Shown here piece by piece: positions 53,383 to 64,000 of a stretch of 64,000 nucleotides of DNA. The notes below the pieces were generated by a model. That model did not search any database, was not told where the DNA came from, and worked only from the letters and a program-made list of their open reading frames with translations. Positions within the stretch are counted from its first letter, which is position 1; the number at the start of each line of letters is the position of its first letter. The position numbers were made by a program, and so were the translations under genes. Source of the DNA: Octopus vulgaris (taxonomy: Eukaryota); the NCBI GenBank assembly GCA_951406725.2, contig OX597820.1, positions 28,334,001 to 28,398,000 on the forward strand, written 5' to 3'.

Positions 53383-53386
<4 letters not shown>

Positions 53387-53588
53387 TAATACAAAGATGA
53401 AAGCACAAAAAAACACAACAACGCGAGGACGTGGAACAAATATAGTATTATTGGACGTTCAGGAAAGAAGGAAAGAAGGAGGGTTTAAAGTTTCGAGCGG
53501 AGCTCTTCATCGGAAACATAGGAGAAGGAAAGATTCAGAGAAGGGAAGACAGAGGAAAAAAATCGGCAACGGTACACACGTGGTCACG
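53383..53588 (-). mobile_element. Hammerhead-bearing short element (family H2); core mutated to CCGAUGA
   Basis: Homologous to 36137-36350. Minus strand 53483-53517 reads GTTT-CCGATGA-A-GAGC-TCC-GCTC-GAAAC-TTT-AAAC. Confidence 0.78.
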
Positions 53589-53629
53589 TGCATGGAAACA
53601 CACCGATATTCACAGATATGGGTGTAAGA

Positions 53630-54170
53630 TTGTGTATTGATCAAAAAGTTCCCGGATTAGATCTGTAGCGCACGAACAAATTGCAGTACAGGGCTGCGTA
53701 CTCAATAGTAGCTAGCAGAGACGTTCATGAGATAGTGTACCGAGCGACAATGCAATCTTTATTTCGCAAGATATGAAAGTTGTGTTTTATGGTGCCTGGT
53801 ATACTGTAGTCTGCGATTTTGTCACTAATAGGAACAGAGAGCCATCGTGAAATTTCACGTTAAACTTTAAAAATCTGCTCTAGAGACATTCAGCATATTT
53901 GGGTATGCTTGTGACAACTTGCAAATGGGTCGTACGCAATGGCTGAGTGTCATAAGCGCTGCTAAAGCAGAAGAACATCACTAGAAGACGATGAACGATA
54001 TGGATGACCTTCCATGAGCGGAAATGTGGTATTGTGCATCGCAAATTTGTCCCCCAGGTTTAGAGCGTCTATCGAGAGTTATACTGCGACGTTTTAAAGC
54101 GAGTGAGGACATTCGGCGAAAGCGACCTGATCTATGGAGCGCGAAAATTGGTTTCTTCATCAAGCTCTCA
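53630..54170 (+). mobile_element. Internally deleted, decayed mariner
   Basis: gatcaaaaagttcccgga TIR-like start; peptides EQRAIVKFHVKL, TSLEDDER.G.PS, GIVHRKFVP and IRRKRPDLW. Confidence 0.75.
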
Positions 54171-54312
54171 GCACTAGTGACATTCTCGCCAAATTGACAT
54201 AGGTAGCAGAAACGGCTGTTAGCAATGTCAGTGCTTTGAATTAAAAAAAGATAATAACCGATAGTAATCAATTTGTTTTTTAATCAAAAATTTTCTCAAT
54301 TTTCTACTTAAT

Positions 54313-54367
<55 letters not shown>

Positions 54368-54888
54368 GCTCCAGCATGGCTCTAGTCAGCTGATTGAATC
54401 AAATAAAAGAATATATATATCGTTGCATATCAAAATATGTAAATAGATTACTATGATTGAACGAGTGCATCAAGTAAATGTGACAGAAACATCCAAGATT
54501 AATCGGAAATTTTTCTTATATATCTCTGTTAAGATGAATTCTATATCCGATTATTATATATGCATCCAAATGCATATATATGAATATTTATCTTATGCAA
54601 ATTGGTCAGCATTGCCACATACATGTAGACTGGGAAACGAGGTAGAACCAAACAGTATAGTGTTAACTATTGAAAGACAGGGTATGGAAAGAGAGACAGA
54701 AAGAAAGAGAGAGAGAGAGGGGGGAGACAAACAAAGCGAGCGAGAGCTAGAGAGGGAGGAGGAGGAAGATATATGGTGGAAGTGTGTTCTTTATTATATT
54801 TTTCTTCTCTATTCAAGTTCTCATTTACAACAGCCTGAATTGTGTATGCTTTTGTAATGTCCGTGCCTGCTGGGGTTGTGTATGAACG

Positions 54889-54936
<48 letters not shown>

Positions 54937-54991
54937 TGCATATATAAGCATATAATACGTAACTACATATACATACGCACACATATATGTG

Positions 54992-55043
<52 letters not shown>

Positions 55044-55573
55044 ATATAATAGAAATAATGAATAATATATATATATATATATATATATAACGTAATATAA
55101 TATATATAATGAATAATATATACATATATATATCTGTATACAAATGTATGTGTATATATGTATACATATATGTTCATATATATATATATATATATATATA
55201 TTTATGTGTACGGATATGTGCTTGTCTATGTAATTTGTAAATTTACATACAAGTCTGTGTGTATGTATGTGATTGTGTGTGTATGCGTGTCTGTGAGTGT
55301 GAGTACGTGTATTCTCGGCGTGTGCTTAAGCCTGCTAGACTTTGTAGTTTATCCTGCTTAAATAGCCATATTTTACATAAATATGCTAATAAATATCTAC
55401 TACACTCGTTTGTGTATAGCGTTCGCACATAAAGAGACACAACCACCCAAATATACATTGGCACACACACTTACTCACACATGGAGACTCACAGACACTC
55501 TCCCACATACGGAAATTTTCATAATCGGAAATATACCTGTACGCATAAGTATAGATATATATTTGTGTGTCTG

Positions 55574-55614
<41 letters not shown>

Positions 55615-56044
55615 ATGTAAGTGTGTGTGTGTGTGTGTGTGTGTTGATATATATATATATTTATATATATATGTGTATGTGTGTATGTATATTCGTATGT
55701 ATGTATATACGTATGTATGTATGTATGTATGTATGTATGTATGTATGTATGTATGTATGTATGTCCGTGTGTGTGAGTGTCTGTAGTAGTTTGTAGTCTG
55801 TAGCTAAAGTAGTTGAATGATCTATCCTGCAGAAAATGTGGTAGAGTAATCTCCCTTTAATAAATTTCTGTAATCATCTACGTCATAAGAAGTAATTATT
55901 AATTATTCAAAAAGTTTCGCGTTCCTCTTGGAAGTTTCTAGAATGCTCTTTACTTCTTAGTCGACTAGACTCTGAGCCATTCACGTCGATGTTATGCCTG
56001 TCTATTTCTCTACGCCACATGACGGAAAACCATTTAGCCCTATA

Positions 56045-56470
56045 CAAGGACAGATCAATAAGTATGCTGATTGTTGCCATAGTAACAAAGCTAAAACACA
56101 CAGAGTAAAGCCGCTTGACACAGATAGACAGTGAACTCTGCTGTACATGCACACTAAGTTTTAACATTCTATCTCACTTCCGTTGTTTACAGCAGTGCTT
56201 CGAATGAACGTGTGTAGCGTGTGCTCGTCGCATTGACCATGTCAGAGACCGTTGAGCAGAGAATCTGCATCAAACTTTACCAAAAGCTTCGTGATAGCTG
56301 CTCAGAGGCCTACGCAAAGATTTCAAAATCTTCTCATCATTCTCAACAGAATCATGGACATCTTTGCCAACTGAAACCCGAGTGTCTTTTTGGTCAGCTG
56401 AAAGGTTTCACACAAACTTGGCAGACACATCACATACCCAAATTTTCAGTGATAATGGATTGAACTGAAA
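56045..56470 (+). mobile_element. Second, partial copy of the fold-back mariner derivative
   Basis: Reverse complement of 27350-27786, including the inversion junction; MSETVEQRICIK. Confidence 0.82.
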
Positions 56471-56725
56471 TGTGTGTTGCGTGGAGGCGCATGGCTTAAG
56501 AAAACACTTATATTTTTATTTATATATTTATATATGTGTGTGTTCCCAGATAGATAGATACATACATACATACATACATACATACAAGCATACAAACATC
56601 CATACATGATATGTAATATATATGGAAATATATATGTCAATATATTTGATATAATCCACGAATGTTACTGGGTGTGTGTGTGTGTATGTGTGTGTGCGCG
56701 CGCGTGTGTGCATATTTACATTTAT

Positions 56726-56937
56726 ACCAGGGGTACGGAAATGTCCTCAGCTTTGAGTAAAAGGAAATACAAGATGATGAGTTGATTAATGATTTTATTC
56801 AGCATAATCCTCTCTTAGTTTTATAAACTTATTGCAGTGGTTCTTCAGTTCTTCTAACCATTGCAAAAAGACTTGGAAGTGTTGATCTCCGACCAGTCCT
56901 TTCGGAATACCTTAAAACCAGGGCCTTTTCAGCCTCT

Positions 56938-56941
<4 letters not shown>
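56726..56941. mobile_element. Mariner-derived MITE, same family as 47562-47775
   Basis: Shares gaaatacaa..gat.agtt.att.atgattttattca and cttaaa.cca.g..cttttcag. Confidence 0.62.
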
Positions 56942-56997
<56 letters not shown>

Positions 56998-57240
56998 GAT
57001 ACATGCATATATGGGTACAGGGCATTACCTACGGGAAAAACGAGTGAAATACGTAAACAACGATAGAGGTAAAATGATGCAAAACTGGACAAGTAAACAC
57101 AGGGAGATGACCCTTTACGAATTATCGGCTATCTATCTACTCCTCATTTCGAGCATTTAACGACAATATGAATCTCCAAAGACAGTCGATTTCATAAATT
57201 GTAAAATAAAATTCAGGATTTATGGAGGGTCAAAGTTGTG

Positions 57241-57283
<43 letters not shown>

Positions 57284-57303
57284 CAAAAATTATCAATTGA
57301 TAA

Positions 57304-57638
57304 TTAAGGGTGCTAACAGGTAGTACCCGCATGCTAAATATAGTAGTCAAAATGACCAAACCACAAGTTTTCACTTAAGCAGAAATGTGAAAGAGTGCAA
57401 ATGAATAAAAATACTAAGACCCTGTACCAATGACGAAAATAATCGAAAATTTTAAAAGTCAGATATACCCGTATCACTGTGATTTCGAACTTTGAGAAAT
57501 AGTCTCACTTCATCCTCCACGAGTCTTTAGTTTTTATTCATTTGCACGCTTTTACCTTTGTGTTTAAATGAAAATTTCTCGTTTGGCCATTTTGACTTCT
57601 ATATTTAGCATGCCGGTACTGCCTGTTAGTACTCTTAA
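57304..57638. mobile_element. Fold-back element or MITE with ~115 bp inverted arms bounded by TTAA
   Basis: ttaagggtgctaacaggtagtacccgcatgctaaatatag versus ctatatttagcatgccggtactgcctgttagtactcttaa. Confidence 0.7.
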
Positions 57639-57742
57639 ACCCTCCTTCTTCCCTTCTTAACTGAGCGTCCAATAATACTTTATTTGTTCCACGTCCTCGC
57701 GTTGTTGTTTTTTTGTTTTTTGTGTTTTCTTGTTTGGATTAA
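57635..57742 (+). mobile_element. Family H2 element, 3' portion only
   Basis: aaaccctccttc...tgagcgtccaataatac...ccacgtcctcgcgttgttg...tggattaac then (TA)n. Confidence 0.78.
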
Positions 57743-57743
57743 C

Positions 57744-57802
<59 letters not shown>

Positions 57803-59001
57803 ACACATATACACATCTGAGTGTGTTTGTAAGTATATGTGTCATATCATATGCAGTTTAAAATACACTGTTTTATTGTTCTTCAAACACTTGCCGCTGT
57901 CAATTACGTATTCCTAGTTATTTTTGGTTATTATAAATACGTGCGTTTCTGTTCGTGCATGCATGTACATGTTCTTTTTGTGTATGCACAATCACATAAA
58001 ACATGGCGTCCTTTCTGGAAGACAAATTAGCAGTGCACTTTCGTTGACAACTTCCCTGATAAGGCGTACAAATATACTCTATAACAGTAGCCGTATTGTA
58101 AGAATATGAATAAGCAAATTTTACAAAAGTGTCTGTATTCAGTATTCTGTTCTTCGAGAAATTTTTACTAAAACAACCAACATATTTAAACCTTGCACGT
58201 ATTACACCCAGTCCATCGAAAGATAGAGTTTCAATAGTGACACGTGACCCCGAGAAATATCAATTAAATATCTCTAAATTAAAGACCTATTATCTTAGAA
58301 AGGAACTCTTAAATATTTTACTCAAAGATACATAAAAACTGTAACAAAATATGAGGCTTAGTTACGTTTCTATAACTTTTATTCATAGGACATCTTAACT
58401 CGAACGTAATGAAAACGTAAAACTCCAATAAATATATATTTCATCACGCTTTGCTGTTCACAAACAGTTAAACAACAAGTATCTCATATACACAGACAAG
58501 TATGCATACATACACGTTTGTATGTATGTATGTATGTATGTATGTATGTATGTATGTATGTATGTATGTATGTATGTATGTATGTATGTATGTATGTATA
58601 GACAAGAATTCATATCAAACTAGTACTAGATGCTGCCAACTACCTAGAACTCACAAGAGTAAAAAAAAAGGGAGAAAGAGAGAGAGAGACAGAAAAAAAG
58701 GAAAATATCCCTTGCATTTGGAAACTATGAAAATATTTAAAATAATATTTCATTTAATTTTTCCACAATATAATTTTTTCCCACGTTTTACTGTAAGTTG
58801 AAAAAGTCGCAAAAGTTGAAACCGGTACTAAAATGTTCTTTATGATAAAATTATTTTAACATTTTCTACCTTGTCTTATTCTCCTCATATATATATATAT
58901 ATATATACACAAATATATGCATATATATACATACACAAATATATACATGCATACATTCATACACACATACACACACACACATATGTATATATATATGTAT
59001 G

Positions 59002-59064
<63 letters not shown>

Positions 59065-59634
59065 CATATAATGACTGTAGTAAACAAGAGAGTTTATCTT
59101 ATATCTAGAGCTATTTCACCACATCTGTCGCGTAACTATAGTAACAATATGATAGCGGAAACGAATACGTTATCGCAATAATTGTAACAATACTCAACGT
59201 CAGCAACTTCGGATATATTATGACAATTTATTCACCGATGTCTTACAATATTTTATAAAAGATACCTTGAAGACAAAATTCAAGGTATATATTGATATTG
59301 CTAATTATACAACAGTAACAAATATATTCCTTTAGCGGTGTCAAAGGCAGGTGCAACTTACTTCAATTAATAGTCCGAGACAAAGAAAAGTCTACTGCTG
59401 CACTATAGTGAAATATGGATATATGTGTGTGTGGTTGTTTGTCGGAGTGTATGTGTGTGTGCGTGTGTGTGTGTGTGTGTGTGTATGCATGTATGTGTTC
59501 ATATATACATACATATATACATGCACACACATTTTGATACCATTTAGCAGCGAGAGGATGGCGCCAATTTTTTCGAATCCTGAAAACGTGGATTAGATAG
59601 ATAATATCATACCTAATACATATATATATATATT

Positions 59635-59829
59635 CTTTTAGTCTTGCCTTGTCTCTACGTTCCATTCACCTGACTACAGCCATGCTGGAGCACCATCTTA
59701 GAAGGTTCTAGTCGAAGACATCGACCCTTAGAAGGTTTTGGCCGAAGAAATCGACTAGCATCAGTTGTCAAACGATGGTGGGGGTGAGGAGAAACGCATA
59801 CACAAACAAACGCACACATAAAGATATAC

Positions 59830-59860
<31 letters not shown>

Positions 59861-60022
59861 CGACAGGCTTCTTTCGGTTTCCGTCTAGCATGTGCACTCA
59901 CGGCTGTGGTTGGTCCGAGGTTATAGCAGAAGACACTTGCTGAATGCGCCAAGCAGTGGGTCTGAAAACTCGACTAAGTGGTTTGGAAACAAGTTTCCCT
60001 CCACACAGCCATGCCTGCACCT
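59635..60022 (-). mobile_element. SINE family B (older copy)
   Basis: gccatgctggagcacc...agcagaagacacttgc...ccacacagccatgcctgcacc. Confidence 0.82.
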
Positions 60023-60386
60023 ATCCACACAGCTTCGCCCGTGACTATCCACATAACTACGCCTGTTTCAGTCACTAGACTGCGACAATTCTGGTGCAAT
60101 GCCTTGAAGAGTTTTGGTCGAAAAAATCTAGTGCATTTAAAAAAAAAGCCTGGTAAAAATTCTATATATTTTTCTTTTTTGCCGAACTGGCAAAATTATA
60201 TATATATACATATATATGTGTATATATTTAAAGAACTGAATTGGATTTTAAATGTTCGTAACACCTGTTTCGAGAGCGCTTTTTCGTTGATGAATAGACC
60301 GATTACCGCTTTCATTAGGTGAGTTTAAACTTGAGTAGGAAGAGATTGCGAGTGATCCGCTTGTTACTCATCGTCTAAGGGAGTAT

Positions 60387-60471
<85 letters not shown>

Positions 60472-61155
60472 ACGATGGAATAGTTTTGAAATAAAGTATT
60501 ACTGTTGGTTCGTTCGATTACTCACTTCTTAACCCCGTACCTGAGAATGGCTGCAAACCAAAGAATGAAACATGTGCATAATAAAAGTCATTTAAATATA
60601 TATATACTTGCGCATATGTTTTGGTGACTGTGTATGATTTGTATAATTTAAAGAAGAATTAAGAACGATATTGTGATACACATAAGTACATGCGCACACC
60701 GAGATACGCATGCAAACACATTATAACATACACATATACATAGGCGCACATAAATTATTCTGTTTTCCGATTATTTCTATGGCATCATGAATCGACCATT
60801 ATTTACTCAATAAACAAAGCCGTAATTTTACAGCTAAAAAATATTCGTCCAACAAATGAAATACTGTATTAATTTATAATCTATTTTCCGTTATATCAGT
60901 TGTTTGTTTTCTCTTTTCGGTAATTGAAAACGTAAAATTTTAATTTTGTCTCCATACTTGAATATCAAATCCCTATGCCAAACGTAATTTCCTAACAAAA
61001 GCTAAGTAGACTTTTAATAACTCTATCGAAGCTAGGCTCTTAGTGAGCATATATATTTTCTGCGATTCAATGGAAGGATAAATTTATATTATGATAAAAT
61101 GTTTCTAAATTGTTTCAATAAAAACAGCGTGTTACGTATTCATTCGGTATGTATG

Positions 61156-61222
<67 letters not shown>

Positions 61223-61406
61223 GTATGGATGGATGGATGGATGGATGGATGTATGTATACCTGTATGTACTCACTTACCCGCACACACACACCTACACAT
61301 ACTGGCGCACACACACACTTATATGTATATACACAAACATAAATATAAACATCTCTATAGTTTTAATAATTGCTTTTATATGTATGTAAATACTACATGT
61401 CGTACG

Positions 61407-61445
<39 letters not shown>

Positions 61446-61602
61446 GTATATATGTATGTATGTATGTATGTAGATATCAAAACAAGCAATAAGGATATCC
61501 TGAGGTAATGCAGTACAATCGTTTCATGCAACTCTATTTAATTGAACAATGCAATCATTGCATCAATATAAAATGCGGAGAAATCTTCAGCTGCATAAAG
61601 AA

Positions 61603-61644
<42 letters not shown>

Positions 61645-61651
61645 TTAAATA

Positions 61652-61858
61652 CTGGATGACCAAAAGTACATTTACAGTTATTCAATCTCATTCGTATTCC
61701 TATATTAACAGTTTAGATCTTAGATATAAAAAATATGAAACCATTATTCTATGGTAATTTAGTTAATTGTAAGATAGAAATTTAAACGTAATAAAATGTT
61801 TTAAAAGAAATTTAAAGTACGTAGGTGATACCTGTAAACCTACTTTTCGACCACCCTT
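61652..61858. mobile_element. Tc1/mariner-type MITE
   Basis: ta|ctggatgaccaaaagtacatttacag ... ctgtaaacctacttttcgaccaccct: imperfect ~27 bp TIRs in TA context. Confidence 0.55.
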
Positions 61859-61952
61859 TATATATATATGTATATTCGGAGGAGAGAGTGTTTCATTAAC
61901 ATCAAACAGTCACTCCTTTCAGCTTAGTACGTGTATGTATGTATGTACGTAT

Positions 61953-62358
61953 ACTCTTTACTCTTTTACTCTTTTCCTTGTTTCAGTCATTTGACTGCGG
62001 CCATGCTGGAGCACCGCCTTTAGTCGAGCAACTCGACCCCGGGACTTATTCTTTTTGTAAGCCCAGTACTTATTCTATCGGTCTCTTTTTGCCGTACCGC
62101 TAAGTGACGGGGACGTAAACACACCAGCATCGGTTGTCAAGCAATGCTAGGGGAACAAACACAGACACACAAACACACACACATACATATATATACGACA
62201 GGCTTCTTTCAGTTTCCGTCTACCAAATCCACTCACAAGGCATTGGTCGGCCCGAGGCTATAGCAGAAGACACTTGCCCAAGATGCCACGCAATGGGACT
62301 GAACCCGGAACCATGTGGTTGGTTAGCAAGCTACTTACCACACAGCCACCCCTGCGCC
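61953..62358 (-). mobile_element. SINE family B, young full-length copy
   Basis: Near-identical to 11851-12245; ends cacacagccacccctgcgcc. Confidence 0.93.
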
Positions 62359-64000
62359 ATACATACGTATGTATGTATGTATGTATGTATGTATGTATAT
62401 TTGTAAGCCTCTATGTTTGTTCTCTTCTACTTTTAAATATTTTAATTTTTTCTCTGATACAAAGCTTTGCCGTTAGAAGGTAGACAACATAAACAATTTT
62501 ATACTTTAAGCCTGAGAAAAGTCTTGCATATCTTTACTATCACACCTCCAAATTGTATGTGTTCGTACAGCGCGAGGTTTTTGATTGATTTCTTTTTCTA
62601 AAAATCCCTAGTTAATCTAGGTTACCGTAGCTTACCCAGATTATGATTCAGACACTCATAAAACCAAGTGCACCAATTATTATTTCCATAAACGTGAATG
62701 CATAATCTGGATGTAGAATATGCAGGTTTCGAAGTGGTTGTGTATGCTCATTTTCTTCCTCTTCGATTTTCTTAGAAATATTCATATCACCGAGATAGTT
62801 GGTCTCTATGACGGCACATACTTTTTCTTATTCTTTCCTAAACTACAATATCCATCCTGTTGTGTTTACATTTAACAAAAGTTTTGATGGGAATGTTGTA
62901 CCAGTATTCCTTATTTTGATATTTGTATATGCATTCAATAAGAAGAGGTTTCCCTATGTGTATACCCGGACAGTGTGGATGTATGTACATATATATGTTT
63001 GTATGTTTGCATGTACAGGTAATTGAAGTTGACTCATTTTCCGCAATGCTCTTAACTTTTGCACATCTTTTTCCGCGGTGCATTTCTTTCGTTTAGAGTC
63101 CATGAAAATAAGTACTGGTTGAGGAATGGATCCGATGTAATCGATCTCATCTCCTCTGGCTTATTGTGATTAATTGAAAAGTATTTCCACTATTCAAAAA
63201 AGAACTAAACCAATATATCTACAAGCTCTAGTTTGTTGAGCGACCTAACATATTACCAATACTATAGGACACATTAACAAATTATATTTTTCATTCATGT
63301 TTTAAAACAGGAAATTTTATACAAATCAACTCAGCTAATGTGGTCTAAACGGTAGAATACACGGTAAAAAAAAAAGACAACAGCAGTTATTTGTGTTTAC
63401 TGACAAAATATGAATCTTTAAATTTACTTTACTCTCTACATTCATTTTGTGGTTCGCTAAAAGTGTGTCAATGCTTTGTTTTACTAAATATTTCCCCCTT
63501 TTTGTTATCATATATCTGTTTGAATACACTTTGTGTTATTCAGTCAATTTGGAAAATGATGAAGAAATTGGTGAAAAAACTTTGTTAAGCTGGGGTTTGC
63601 TACTTAAATTTCGACGAAATTTTGCTGAAAGACTTTAATTTAGACCACTTTCCAAGCATGAAGCTTGTGTTAAAGAACCAGCAGCAGTCTCAGGTGGATT
63701 TGTATCAAAAGGGGTTATATTCTAGTCATTTGAGCAATAAATTTTCCTTGAATCTCAGTCTTGTTTCATACATAGAACACATCATCGTAACATATTTTAC
63801 AGAATACATTGAAACATATCAGTATATGTTAACTTTAAAATACGAATTGAGCCAGCGATAATGTAGTCACATTTTTCAGTATGAGATGTATAGCTTACTT
63901 TCTGTTGAACACAAAATTAAGCAGATTAATAAAAGAAAATAATTAAATTCTCTTAAATCAAATTATAATTTCTTATTGGAATAAAGTATATTAAAATTCA

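Noticed and set aside
56995-57245. (TA)n-flanked unit with ctcgaaatg on the minus strand, possibly another hammerhead family
   Set aside because: No CUGANGA-like core in this copy; left as an unclassified repeat.

Overview
AT-rich, microsatellite-dense eukaryotic DNA with no convincing host protein-coding gene, rRNA, intact tRNA or CRISPR array. Almost every ORF in the track is a translation of simple repeats or SINEs. The repeat content (three tRNA-derived SINE families at very high density, plus (TA)n, (ATAC)n, (GATA)n and (AAT)n tracts) suggests a cephalopod genome, probably Octopus; this is inference from recognised repeat motifs, not a database result. The window is intergenic or deep intronic. 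It holds decayed mariner and maT-like DNA transposons and MITEs, non-autonomous Helitron-like elements, an RTE/BovB-like LINE 3' end, an internally deleted Gypsy LTR element and many fragments of R4/Dong-type (RLE) non-LTR retrotransposons. Two patterns stand out. (1) Several distinct families of ~140-400 bp non-coding elements sit in or beside (TA)n-type microsatellites and each carries a minimal type-I hammerhead ribozyme (CUGANGA...GAAAC-NUH with a palindromic or loopless stem III), resembling Penelope-type termini or retrozymes. (2) A 2.8 kb co-oriented stack (41634-44462) contains five different R4/Dong-like 3' ends and one non-coding 550 bp unit, each separated by (AAT)n-type tracts. Coordinates were read by eye and may be off by several bases.
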